From Kiritimatiellia bacterium (GTDB taxonomy: Bacteria > Verrucomicrobiota > Kiritimatiellia > CAIVKH01): a DNA stretch of 64,000 nucleotides. The notes under the pieces are model-generated. The model saw only the letters and a program-made list of their open reading frames with translations, was not told the origin of the DNA and made no database searches. Positions 38,004 to 47,853 of the stretch are shown here, in pieces (positions within the stretch are counted from its first letter, which is position 1; every line of letters starts with the position of its first letter). Where the stretch lies: assembly GCA_035327665.1 (NCBI GenBank), contig DAOLCW010000004.1, forward strand, positions 2,598 to 66,597. The letters are read 5' to 3'. The translations under genes were made by a program, and so were the position numbers.

Positions 38004-39911
38004 ATGAAGTTAAAAGATATCGAGTTCGAAATCCCGTCCGCCCTCCAGGAGGTCCTCGCCGCCTGTCCCAGCTACACCGTGGCCCACAACAAGACCGAAC
38101 TGTTCAACCTCGCGATTCGCGATGCCGTCAACGGCATTCACGAAGTCGCCTACGACGTGCCCGGAAAGGGCCGGGTGGTCGAAGTTGAGGTGTGCCGGGT
38201 CAAGAACGGCATCGCCGCCAACTACACCGAACCCTACATGCGCCGCCGCGATCCCGACTGCATGGTGATTGCCGATGAGCGCCCGACCGACAAGCCCCGT
38301 TTCAATGAGCTTTACGGGAAGGATTTCGACACCCTTCGTGCCGAGACCTTCGAATGGTTGAAGACCCAGGAACTCGCGTTGTTCCCGTTCTTCGCCGGGG
38401 CTCCCGGTAAAGGGGCCGACGCGCTTGTGGTCGCCCCCGCCAATGCGGGCTTCTTCGCCCTCGGCCTCGCCTTGCTCCAAGGCATTCTCGACGCCGACTC
38501 GGTCCCCCACAACTTCAACCCCAAAGCCGTGATCTACGTGGCCCCGGTCTTCCGCCATACCCATTTCAATGGCAAGCAGATGGTCGTCCACAACCGGCGC
38601 GACAACCGGCATGAGTTGTTCAGCTACAACCTCTATCCCGGACCGAGCGCCAAGAAGGGGATCTACGGCGTGCTCCTCAACCTCGGCGAACAGGAAAAAT
38701 GGGTCACCGCCCACTGCTCGACCGTCCAGGTCATCACTCCCTACGCGAACAAAATCAGCATCATGCATGAAGGGGCGAGCGGCGGCGGCAAGAGCGAAAT
38801 GCTCGAGCAGGTCCACCGCGAAAAGGATGGGAGTCTCCTCCTCGGCGAGAACATCGACACCGAAGAAAAGCGCACCATCGTGATGCCCCGCAACTGCGAA
38901 CTGCGCCCGGTCACCGATGACATGGCCCTCTGCCACCCCTCCCTCGCCCGCCGCGACGGCCGCCTCGCCCTCATGGACGCGGAGCGGGGATGGTTCGTGC
39001 GGGTAAACCACATCACCAAGTACGGGATTGACCCCCACCTTGAAGAGATGACCATTCATCCCTCCGAGCCCCTGCTCTTCCTCAACATCGAGGCCCAACC
39101 CGGCAGCACCGCCCTCATCTGGGAACATATCCAGGATGAGCCCGGCAAACCCTGTCCGAATCCCCGGGTCATCATTCCCCGCAAGGCGGTGCCCGGGATC
39201 GTCAACGGCGCGGTATCGGTTGATGTGCGGAGCTTCGGTGTGCGCACCCCGCCCTGCACCAAGGAGAAGCCTTCCTACGGGATCATCGGGATGTTCCACC
39301 TCCTCCCCGCTTCCCTCGCATGGCTGTGGCGGCTGGTCGCTCCCCGCGGCCATGCCAATCCCAGCATCGTCGCCACCGAAGGCATGAGCTCCGAAGGCGT
39401 CGGTTCCTATTGGCCCTTCGCCACCGGGCGGATGGTTGATCAGGCCAACCTGCTCCTTCAGCAGGTCCTCGACACCCCCAAAGTCCGTTACATTCTCTGC
39501 CCCAACCAGCACATTGGGGCGTGGAAGACCGGCTTCATGCCCCAGTGGATCGCCCGCGAATACATCGCCCGCCGCGGCGGGGCGAAATTCAGCGACGAAC
39601 AGGTCGTGGCGGCCCGCTGCCCGCTCCTCGGCTATGCCCTCAAGACCATCACCGTGGAAGGCCAGACCATCCCCAGCATCATGCTCCGGGTGGAATTGCA
39701 AAAGGAAGTTGGACCCGACGCCTATGATCTCGGCGCCCTCCAGCTCACCGAGTTCTTCCACTCCCAGCTCGAGAACTTCATTCACCCTGACCTGCATCCT
39801 CTCGGGAAGCAGATCATTGAGAAGTGTCTCGCCGGAGCGAGCGTAACCGAGTACGAAAAACTGATTCCCCACGCCTGCATCGATCGTGAAGACGTGGAGC
39901 CGGAGGAATAG
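38004..39911 (+). CDS. uncharacterised large protein with HprK/PEPCK-like P-loop (GASGGGKSE...LLLGEN)
   Basis: ATG at 38004 preceded by aaggaa RBS; central IMHEGASGGGKSEMLEQVHREKDGSLLLGENID resembles HprK (GDSGVGKSE..LEL...LV.DD) and PckA (GLSGTGKTTLS...LIGDDEH) kinase P-loops; no other domain recognised. Confidence 0.65.
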   Translation: MKLKDIEFEIPSALQEVLAACPSYTVAHNKTELFNLAIRDAVNGIHEVAYDVPGKGRVVEVEVCRVKNGIAANYTEPYMRRRDPDCMVIADERPTDKPRFNELYGKDFDTLRAETFEWLKTQELALFPFFAGAPGKGADALVVAPANAGFFALGLALLQGILDADSVPHNFNPKAVIYVAPVFRHTHFNGKQMVVHNRRDNRHELFSYNLYPGPSAKKGIYGVLLNLGEQEKWVTAHCSTVQVITPYANKISIMHEGASGGGKSEMLEQVHREKDGSLLLGENIDTEEKRTIVMPRNCELRPVTDDMALCHPSLARRDGRLALMDAERGWFVRVNHITKYGIDPHLEEMTIHPSEPLLFLNIEAQPGSTALIWEHIQDEPGKPCPNPRVIIPRKAVPGIVNGAVSVDVRSFGVRTPPCTKEKPSYGIIGMFHLLPASLAWLWRLVAPRGHANPSIVATEGMSSEGVGSYWPFATGRMVDQANLLLQQVLDTPKVRYILCPNQHIGAWKTGFMPQWIAREYIARRGGAKFSDEQVVAARCPLLGYALKTITVEGQTIPSIMLRVELQKEVGPDAYDLGALQLTEFFHSQLENFIHPDLHPLGKQIIEKCLAGASVTEYEKLIPHACIDREDVEPEE

Positions 39912-39916
39912 GACGA

Positions 39917-40882
39917 GTGGATTTCCAGCTCGTCCTCGACAACCTGCTGCAACCCCCCATCCTGTTCTTTATGCTCGGGATGGCGGCGGTTGCGGCAAGG
40001 TCCGACCTCAGTATCCCTGAAACACTGGTCAAGCTGTTCTCCCTCTACCTCCTGCTCTCCATCGGCTACAAGGGCGGAGTGAAGCTCGCCGAAAGCGGCC
40101 TCAGCATCGACGCCCTCAAGGCGGTGCTCGCAGGCATCGCCCTCTCTGCGGTCGTACCTGTTTACACCTTCTTTTTATTCCGGAAAAGGGTTTCGGTGTC
40201 GAACGCCGCCGCGATCGCCGCCACCTACGGATCGATCAGCGCGGTGACCTTTCTCACCGCAATGAACTTCCTCATCCGCATCGACCTCCCGTTCGGCGGC
40301 TACATGGTCGCGGTGATGGCCCTCATGGAATCACCCGCGATCATTCTCGGGGTGATCCTCGCCCGCAAGTTCGGGGACATCGCCTCGCCCAGCGTTAAAA
40401 AACGCGTGTTGGTCCGGGAGGCCCTCACCAATTCCTCGGTCTTTCTCCTCCTCGGAAGCATGCTCGTAGGGATGCTGAGCGGTTCTCGCGGCTGGGAAGC
40501 CATGGAACCATTTACCGACAACCTGTTTCAAGGGATGCTGTGCTTCTTTCTGCTGGATATCGGGATGATGTCCGCCCGCCAGCTCGGGGAAATTCGCCGG
40601 GCCGGATCGTTCATCGTGGTATCCGCCCTCGCCCTGCCCCTGTTTAACGGAATGATCGGCATGATCGTGGCCTACCTTCTCGGCATGAGTCCTGGCGACA
40701 GCGTGTTGTTCTGCATCCTCGCCGGAAGCGCGTCCTACATTGCCGTTCCCGCCGCCATGCGGAATGCCGTTCCCGACTCCAGTCCCGGCCTCTACACCGC
40801 GATGGCCCTAGCGATCACCTTCCCGCTGAACATTGCCATCGGCATCCCTCTCTACACCTGGGCGGTTACCACTTTCTGGTAA
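39917..40882 (+). CDS. SbtA-like sodium-dependent bicarbonate transporter family permease
   Basis: MDFQLVLDNLLQPPILFFMLGMAAVAA and IAATYGSISAVTFLTAMNFL parallel cyanobacterial SbtA (MDFLSNFL...SPTLAFLIGGMV; ATGGLFGAVSGSTMAAALTTL); 10 TM inverted-repeat topology; no SbtB (PII-like) gene adjacent. Confidence 0.75.
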   Translation: MDFQLVLDNLLQPPILFFMLGMAAVAARSDLSIPETLVKLFSLYLLLSIGYKGGVKLAESGLSIDALKAVLAGIALSAVVPVYTFFLFRKRVSVSNAAAIAATYGSISAVTFLTAMNFLIRIDLPFGGYMVAVMALMESPAIILGVILARKFGDIASPSVKKRVLVREALTNSSVFLLLGSMLVGMLSGSRGWEAMEPFTDNLFQGMLCFFLLDIGMMSARQLGEIRRAGSFIVVSALALPLFNGMIGMIVAYLLGMSPGDSVLFCILAGSASYIAVPAAMRNAVPDSSPGLYTAMALAITFPLNIAIGIPLYTWAVTTFW

Positions 40883-40892
40883 GCCGGCGGAA

Positions 40893-43800
40893 TCACCGCA
40901 GCGAGGCTTCCTTCCAGGCGCAATACAGAACCGGGGCCATCAAGGTCGTGAACACTTGGATCAGCATGCCCCCGAATGAGGGGATGGCCATGGGAATCAT
41001 CAAATCCGCCCCGCGGCCGGTCGAAGACAGAATCGGAATCAAGGCGAGGATGGTGGTGGCGGTGGTCATCATGCAGGGGCGGATGCGCTTCATGCCCGCA
41101 TCAAGGGCGGCGGCCCGGATCTCCTCGCGGGTGGACAGGTTCGCGTCCTTAAACCGTTGGTCGAGGTAGGTGCACATCACGACGCCGTCGTCGGTGGCGA
41201 TTCCGAACAAGGCGAGGAACCCGACCCATACCGCGACGCTGAGGTTGATGGCATGGACCCCGAAGAGGTCGCGGAGGTTGATCCCGAACAGGGCGACATC
41301 AAGGAACCAGGCCTGCGCGTACAGCCAGATCAGGATAAACCCTCCCGACCACGCCATGAAGATCCCCGCGAACACGAACAAGGTCACGGGAATGCGATGG
41401 AACTGGAGGTAAAGGATGAGGAAGATGATGAACAAGGAAAAGGGAACGACGAGGGCGAGCTTGCGGGCGGCCCGGAGCTGGTTCTCGTAGCTCCCGGCGA
41501 AGGTGTAGCTGACTCCCGGCGGGAGCTCGAGGTCACCGGAAGCGATCCGGGCCTGAAGGAGGTCGCGGGCTTGTTCAACCACCTCGACTTCGGCATGGCC
41601 GGGGTGCTTGTCGAACAACACATACCCGAGCAGGCGGGTGTCCTCCCCCTTGATCATGTCGGGTCCGCGCACATAGCGGATTTCGGCAACCTGACTCAGC
41701 GGGACCATCGCCCCGGAGGCGGTCGAAACCAACAGCCGCTCGAGGGCGTCGATGGAGTCGCGGGTTTCGCGGGCATAACGAACACGCACGGGATACCTTT
41801 CCCGGCCTTCGACGGTCCGGGTGACTTCGAGGCCACCCACCGCAACTTCAATTATGTTCATGAATTCCGCGACCGCGATCCCGTAGCGGGCCAGCGCGGC
41901 CCGGTCGGGATGGATTTCGAGGTAGGGCTTGCCGACAATCCGGTCGGCGATCACGGTGGCGGGGTTGATCGACGGCACCTCCTTGAGCGCTTCCTCGAGC
42001 AAGATCCCCGCCGCCTCAATCGCTTCGAGCGAGGGGCCGAGCACCCGCAACCCCATCGGCGCCCGCATACCGCTTTGAAGCATGACAATCCGGGCTGAGA
42101 TCGGCTGGAGCCACGGGGCTGAGGTCATGCCGGGGACGTGGCCGGCCCGGACGATTTCGTCCCAAATGTCGCGCGGCGAGCGGATGCCGGCCCACTCCTC
42201 GCGTTCGGGGTTGAGTTCGGGATCGAGGGCGGGACGCCACTGCCGGAACGGATGGCCACGCCGGTCGGGAATGAGTCGTCCCTCCTCGTCGCGCAGGAAC
42301 TTGCCCTGAACCACGTACGGCTCCCCGTCGAGGGCGGGAAGCGGATGGCCTGCGGCGTCGCGGAACAAATCGGTTTCCCGGGGGTCGTACGCGAAGGTCA
42401 GCCGCCGCCCCGAGGCGTCGGCGAGGAACTCATCCTTGTAGTTGATGACCGTCTCGATCATCGACACCGGGGCGGGATCGAGCGGGCTTTCCGCACGTCC
42501 GAGCTTGCCCACCGCGAGGTCGACTTCGGGGATGGCATAGAAGGCCATGTCCTGGATTTGCATGAGGTCGAGAACTTCGTTGAGCCCGGCATGAGGCATG
42601 GCGGTCGGCATGTAAAGGAAGGCCCCTTCATCGAGCGGGGGCATAAACTCGCGACCGAGTCCGGGGAAGGCATGATAGAGGGAAACCACCGGCTTCCATT
42701 GTCTGACCGAACCGGGAAGCCATCCGAAAAGCTTCGGGAAGCCGAGCCAGACCATCAGACCGAACACCATGATGAATCCGGGGATGAGCAGAAACGCGCG
42801 CTTGTGGTCGAGGCACCAGCGGAGGATGACTGGGTACAGCCGCTGGTACAACAGCAGCAGTCCAAGCACGGAACCGACCAGCAGACCGACCAGCAACGTA
42901 TTGCGGGCGATTCCGCGGTCGGGTCCGAGGGGCATCCAGTCATAAGCGAGTAAAACCGCCAGCCCGCCCGCGCAAAGGTAGGCCAAGATCCCCCCGCCCC
43001 CGGTTCGAGTTCGTGCAGACCGTCCCGATCGGAAAAACAGATGAGCCAACGCAGGCAGGATGGTCAGGGCCACCACCACCGAACCGAACAGCACGAAGGT
43101 CTTGGTGTAGGCCAGCGGCTTGAAAAGTTTGCCTTCGGCCGCCTCCATGGTGAATACGGCAAGGAAACTGACGATGGTGGTGGCGATCGCGGTCAGCACC
43201 GCCCCCCCCACTTCGGTCACCGCCCGGTGAATGATGTCGAGCCGGCGGGCCCGGTCCTCGCGGTCCGCCCGGTCGGCCTCGCCAAGGTGCCGGAGGATGT
43301 TCTCGGTAACGATGATCCCCATGTCCACGATGGTGCCGATCGCGATGGCAATCCCGGCCAGTGAAACAAGATTGGCATCGATGCCGAACTGACGCATCGC
43401 GATGAAGCATCCGAGCACGGTCATCGGCATCACAAGGGCGATGAGGAGCGAGCTGGCGAAATGCCGGACCATGATCAGGACCACAATCGAGGTCACGAGA
43501 ATCTGGGCGTACAACGCGCGATTCAAGGTCCCGAGGGTTTCCCCGATCAACTCGGAACGGTCGTAGAACGGAACGATGGTGACCTGGCTGATCCGTCCGT
43601 CGTCGAGGGTCTTGCGAGGAAGCGACGGGGCGATTTCCTCGATTTTCCGCTTCACATTCTGGATGGCGGCGAGGGGATTTTCTCCATACCTCACCACCAC
43701 CACCCCGCCGACCGCTTCCGTGCCCTCCTTGTCGAGAGCGCCCCGGCGGAATTGGGGGCCGAGTCCCACTGAAGCAACGTGATGCACGTACACCGGAACC

Positions 43801-44639
43801 CCATCCACCACCTTTACCACCGCTTGTTCGAGGTCAGAAACCGATTTGATGAACCCTACCCCGCGCACCGCATACTCCACCTGATTGACCTCAATCACGT
43901 TCGCCCCGACATCGAGGTTCGAAGCCCGCACCGCATCCACGACATCCATCAGGGTGACCCCCCGCAACCTCATCGCTCCGGGATCGACATCGACCTGGTA
44001 TTCCTTCACGTAGCCGCCGATCGAGGCGACTTCGCTGACTCCCTCGGCGGCGAGCAAGGCATATTTCACCGTGAAGTCCTGAAGGCTTCGCAGTTCTTGA
44101 AGATCCCAGCCCCCCGCCGGATTGCCGTCGGCATCCCGCCCCTCGAGGGTGTACCAGAAGACCTGGCCGAGGGCGGTCGCGTCGGGACCGAGCATCGGCT
44201 GGACCCCGTCGGGGAGGGTTCCCGTCGGCAGGCTGCCCAGCCGTTCAAGGATGCGCGAACGGGTCCAATAGAACTCCGCATCATCGTTGAAGATCACGAA
44301 GATGGTGGTGAAGCCGGTCATCGAGATCGAGCGCACGGTCTTGACCTCCGGCACCCCGAGCAGGGCCACGGTCAGAGGATAGGTGACCTGGTCCTCCATG
44401 TCCTGCGGCGACCGCCCCATCCATTCCGCAAACACGATCTGCTGGTTCTCCCCGATGTCGGGTATCGCATCCACCGGAACCGGATCGCGCAACTCGCGGG
44501 CAAGGTCCCAGTCGAACGGGGCATGAAGCACCCCTCCCACCACCAGCCCCGCCGCGAGCAGAAATACGACTAGCTTGTTTTCCAGACAGAACCGCAGCGA
44601 GGCATCAAGAACGGATCGCCGCTCAATGGGCGTGGTCAT
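40893..44639 (-). CDS. cusA: heavy-metal efflux RND transporter, CusA/CzcA family (oversized, ~1248 aa)
   Basis: ATG at 44639 (MTTPIERRSVLDASLRFCLENKLVVFL...) matches CusA start (IEWIIRRSVANRFLVL); 12 TM plus large periplasmic loops; extra ~200 aa relative to canonical. Confidence 0.85.
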   Translation of the reverse strand: MTTPIERRSVLDASLRFCLENKLVVFLLAAGLVVGGVLHAPFDWDLARELRDPVPVDAIPDIGENQQIVFAEWMGRSPQDMEDQVTYPLTVALLGVPEVKTVRSISMTGFTTIFVIFNDDAEFYWTRSRILERLGSLPTGTLPDGVQPMLGPDATALGQVFWYTLEGRDADGNPAGGWDLQELRSLQDFTVKYALLAAEGVSEVASIGGYVKEYQVDVDPGAMRLRGVTLMDVVDAVRASNLDVGANVIEVNQVEYAVRGVGFIKSVSDLEQAVVKVVDGVPVYVHHVASVGLGPQFRRGALDKEGTEAVGGVVVVRYGENPLAAIQNVKRKIEEIAPSLPRKTLDDGRISQVTIVPFYDRSELIGETLGTLNRALYAQILVTSIVVLIMVRHFASSLLIALVMPMTVLGCFIAMRQFGIDANLVSLAGIAIAIGTIVDMGIIVTENILRHLGEADRADREDRARRLDIIHRAVTEVGGAVLTAIATTIVSFLAVFTMEAAEGKLFKPLAYTKTFVLFGSVVVALTILPALAHLFFRSGRSARTRTGGGGILAYLCAGGLAVLLAYDWMPLGPDRGIARNTLLVGLLVGSVLGLLLLYQRLYPVILRWCLDHKRAFLLIPGFIMVFGLMVWLGFPKLFGWLPGSVRQWKPVVSLYHAFPGLGREFMPPLDEGAFLYMPTAMPHAGLNEVLDLMQIQDMAFYAIPEVDLAVGKLGRAESPLDPAPVSMIETVINYKDEFLADASGRRLTFAYDPRETDLFRDAAGHPLPALDGEPYVVQGKFLRDEEGRLIPDRRGHPFRQWRPALDPELNPEREEWAGIRSPRDIWDEIVRAGHVPGMTSAPWLQPISARIVMLQSGMRAPMGLRVLGPSLEAIEAAGILLEEALKEVPSINPATVIADRIVGKPYLEIHPDRAALARYGIAVAEFMNIIEVAVGGLEVTRTVEGRERYPVRVRYARETRDSIDALERLLVSTASGAMVPLSQVAEIRYVRGPDMIKGEDTRLLGYVLFDKHPGHAEVEVVEQARDLLQARIASGDLELPPGVSYTFAGSYENQLRAARKLALVVPFSLFIIFLILYLQFHRIPVTLFVFAGIFMAWSGGFILIWLYAQAWFLDVALFGINLRDLFGVHAINLSVAVWVGFLALFGIATDDGVVMCTYLDQRFKDANLSTREEIRAAALDAGMKRIRPCMMTTATTILALIPILSSTGRGADLMIPMAIPSFGGMLIQVFTTLMAPVLYCAWKEASLR

Positions 44640-46050
44640 GGCCGCCTCCTTCCACCGGGGCTCGTTCCGGCTCGATACCTTGAGCGCGCATCTCTTCAAG
44701 ATACCGTTCAGGATCGCGGAGAAACTCGTCGTCACAACCGGGACAACAAAAGTAAATGCGGTACCCTTGATAATCCACGAAGTCCTTGGGATCAATCCGT
44801 CCCCCGGCGATTGGACAATGGATCTGCGGACGCATCGCCGCTCCTTCCGAAGTCAGGCTCATCATCGACGGCTTGGCGAGGATTTGCAGGGACCCGTCGA
44901 TCCGCATGGCGCCCCGCGACACCACAAGCTCACCCGTCTCCAGTCCGTCGAGGATCACCACCTGATCCCCGGCCCGTGGCCCCACCCTCACCACCCGGCC
45001 CTCGAAGATCGATGGATCCTCGGGCGACTGGACATAAACCACGGCCCGTTTTCCGGTCTGCAGGACGGCGGTGGCCGGAACAAGCAGAACATCATCGGCC
45101 ACCTTCACATCCATCCGGGCCCGGGCCAGCATCCCCGGCTTGAGCGCGCCCTCGGGGTTCGGAAGGTCCACCCGGGCCCGGAGGCTCCGGGTTCCGGGAT
45201 CGAGATCGGCGGGAAGAAATGAAACCGTGCCGGTCCAGGTGGTTCCGGCCAAGGCCTCGACATCCACCAGCGCCCCCTCGCCACGTCGTACATGCTGAAG
45301 ATCACGCTCGTAGACATCAAACAAGCCCCAGATCACCGAGGTGTCGGCGAGCTCAAGCAGCCGGGCCCCCCGCATCGCCCACGCCCCTTCGCGAATCGCA
45401 AGATCCGTAACCACGCCATTCACCGGGCTGCGTACCGTGAACGTTTCGGGGACATCGCCGCCGCTGCTGCGGATGCGGTCGATCTCCGCCTCCTCCATAC
45501 CGAGCAAGAGCAGCTTGCGCCGGGCGGCCTCGGCGACCGGAGGCGACCCGGCTACCGCGAGTTCCCGGGAGGCGGCATACACCTCCGGACTGTACACCTC
45601 GGCCAGCGGATCGCCGGCCGCCACCGCCATGCCGGGAACGTTGGCATGGAGGACGCGGAGTTGTCCGTCGGCCAGCAGGACCACCTCGCGGACCCGCGCG
45701 AGATCATAGGCAAGTGTTCCGGCAACCCGGAGATCGGCCCGGGCTTCCCCCCGGACCACCGGAGCGGTTTCGATCCGGGCGAGTTCGCGGGCCGCATCCG
45801 ACATTTTCAGCGCCCTCGGACCGGCATCGGCGGCATCGTCACCGACCGGGATCAGGTCCATCGCGCACAACGGGCACAAGCCCGGCCCGGGTTGGCGGAT
45901 CTGCGGATGCATAGAGCAGGTGTAGGTCGTTTCCGCATCGCCGGCCCCGGCGACCGCATCGGAGCCATCATGGGATGAACGCAGCCCGCCGAGGCCATAG
46001 CCAAGGGCGAGACCGGCCAGCAGGACCCATAGGAGTTGATGTTTTTTCAT
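44623..46050 (-). CDS. cusB: efflux RND periplasmic adaptor (CusB-like) with N-terminal heavy-metal-binding domain and C-terminal YHS domain plus His-rich tail
   Basis: YTCSMHPQI...CPLCAMDL HMBD; membrane-fusion-protein core; IYFCCPGCDDEFLRDPERY YHS domain; ...GGGHDHAH tail. Confidence 0.8.
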   Translation of the reverse strand: MKKHQLLWVLLAGLALGYGLGGLRSSHDGSDAVAGAGDAETTYTCSMHPQIRQPGPGLCPLCAMDLIPVGDDAADAGPRALKMSDAARELARIETAPVVRGEARADLRVAGTLAYDLARVREVVLLADGQLRVLHANVPGMAVAAGDPLAEVYSPEVYAASRELAVAGSPPVAEAARRKLLLLGMEEAEIDRIRSSGGDVPETFTVRSPVNGVVTDLAIREGAWAMRGARLLELADTSVIWGLFDVYERDLQHVRRGEGALVDVEALAGTTWTGTVSFLPADLDPGTRSLRARVDLPNPEGALKPGMLARARMDVKVADDVLLVPATAVLQTGKRAVVYVQSPEDPSIFEGRVVRVGPRAGDQVVILDGLETGELVVSRGAMRIDGSLQILAKPSMMSLTSEGAAMRPQIHCPIAGGRIDPKDFVDYQGYRIYFCCPGCDDEFLRDPERYLEEMRAQGIEPERAPVEGGGHDHAH

Positions 46051-46059
46051 AAGAATACC

Positions 46060-47325
46060 TCAGTGTTCAAGGGGAAGACCGGTCAGGACTTCGTCGGGGG
46101 TCCAGGGTTGAGCCACCGCCATGAGCTTGGCGTGGGCGGCGGCATAGGCGGCGGTTTCGCGCCGCCACGTCGTCTCCGCATCGAGAACGAGGCGGAGGGA
46201 CTCGATCACATCCGCAGCGGAAGCCGCGCCAGCGGGATAGGCCTCGCGAACCGCTTCGGCCAAGGCCCGGGCTTCGGGAAGGATCGACGCCTCATAGCGC
46301 TCCATCGTCCGCTTGCGGGTTTCGGCCACCGTGTAAAGCTCGCGGATTTCCGTCAGGGTCATTGCGACCTCGCCTTCCAGTTCGGCCTGAGCCATCCGGT
46401 AGTCCGCCTCGGCCTCGGCCCGAATGCCCTTGTATCGGCCCGACCACAACCAGGGCACATTCACCGCCACCCCGGTATCCACTTCGTCGATCGACCCCGA
46501 ACCTTCCAACTGCCGGGCCGCAACCTGCAACGAGAGCATCGGCCTCTGTTCGAGGCGGGCGGCATGGCGGGCAAGATCGCGGGCCTTTTCCCGCCAGACC
46601 ATCGCCATCAGGATACAGCAGTATTGACGGGCATCCTCCTGGAGTTGTTCGACCGGTAGATCGAGGGACGGAAGCGGCGGCAGGTCATCGGTCGAACGCG
46701 GCGTGGCGGGATCGGCATCGAGGAGAGCGTTGAGCTGGGCCAGCGCCACCTTCCCCTCGGCGGCCATCGTTTCCGCATCGAGGGCGGCCCGCTCCTGCTC
46801 GATCCTCATCCGCAGCCAGTCGGTCTGGCGGGCATCCCCGGATTCAAAACGAATCCGGACCGCATCGGTCAGTTGTCCGGTCAACCGGGCATTTTCCGCC
46901 GCCAGATTGGCGGCGGACCGGAGGTACCACAGGTTCCATGCCGCCGCCGTAATCGCCGCCCGGGCCTGGCGACGAACTTCGAGGAACTCGAAGCCGGCCG
47001 CCTCCCCCTCGAGCCGGGCAACCTCCCGTTCCACCCTCAGCCGGCCCGGCCATGGCAGCGATTGTTCCACCATGTACTCATACGCCATCACGTCGTCGAA
47101 CCGGGTCGACGATCGTTCAAGGTTCACCCCGACCATGGGGTCCGGCCACCCCCCGCCCGCTTGGGCGACCCTTGCCTCAGCGGCCCGCCATCGAGCCTCG
47201 GCGGCCCGAACAGCAGGATTCAGCCGGTCAACCTCGGCCAGCCATGTTGCAAGTCCGCTTTGCGCGGATTGCGTGAAATTGATAAGAACGATAAAAATGA
47301 TCCATCCATAAAGATGCGTACGCAT
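46060..47325 (-). CDS. cusC: TolC-family outer-membrane efflux protein
   Basis: Signal peptide, repeated coiled-coil halves typical of OMF proteins; first gene of cusCBA-like operon. Confidence 0.75.
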   Translation of the reverse strand: MRTHLYGWIIFIVLINFTQSAQSGLATWLAEVDRLNPAVRAAEARWRAAEARVAQAGGGWPDPMVGVNLERSSTRFDDVMAYEYMVEQSLPWPGRLRVEREVARLEGEAAGFEFLEVRRQARAAITAAAWNLWYLRSAANLAAENARLTGQLTDAVRIRFESGDARQTDWLRMRIEQERAALDAETMAAEGKVALAQLNALLDADPATPRSTDDLPPLPSLDLPVEQLQEDARQYCCILMAMVWREKARDLARHAARLEQRPMLSLQVAARQLEGSGSIDEVDTGVAVNVPWLWSGRYKGIRAEAEADYRMAQAELEGEVAMTLTEIRELYTVAETRKRTMERYEASILPEARALAEAVREAYPAGAASAADVIESLRLVLDAETTWRRETAAYAAAHAKLMAVAQPWTPDEVLTGLPLEH

Positions 47326-47853
47326 GTTTGATCTCCTCCGTGGTGAAGCGCCAACGACACAACCAGGGAGAACATCAGCAAAGGATGGAACATTTCAGCA
47401 GATAGATCTGTCCCCGCGCGGGCGGGGAGGACGTGATGCGAACGGGATGAACCGCCTGATCGGACGGCAGCAACCATCCGGCGGGGTTTTCAATTCGGAG
47501 CAAACATCCGTTGCCAACCGGTCGATCAGATCCGGCTACCGTCGCTACGAGCGGAGCTTCTTCGCGAGCGGGATGAAAACAGCAGGGGCAAGCCGACGCG
47601 CAGATCCCGGTTGGTTCGGGTCCGCTGGCGCAACAGTCGGTCGGCAACGAAACGGTCACCACGCAACAACAGGTAGATCCAGCCCCCGAATTTCCGGACA
47701 CCTCAAGGATCGGAAAGACGCAAACAAAGAAGCCCAACCAAAGAGCCATCATGGAGCGAAGAACCTGCACATCATTTGAGATACCCGAATTCCCCGCATT
47801 GTTCAATCCAGGGACGACTTGACAGATCAAGACGTTATAACTATTGTTGTTAC
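47326..47853. promoter_or_regulatory. 528-bp non-coding region between divergent cus operon and TA module (promoters; possible sRNA or regulatory element)
   Basis: ORFs here have T/A-rich third positions unlike genuine genes; contains hairpin ccccgcgcgggcgggg. Confidence 0.3.

Noticed and set aside
47375-47830. 151-aa Cys-rich ORF (TCCC..DCC..CPCC) on the minus strand directly upstream of the cus operon; tempting as a metal-binding or chaperone protein
   Set aside because: Third codon positions are about 45% T/A, whereas verified genes here are overwhelmingly C/G-ending. No RBS, no recognisable fold. Treated as non-coding; flagged only as part of the long intergenic region.
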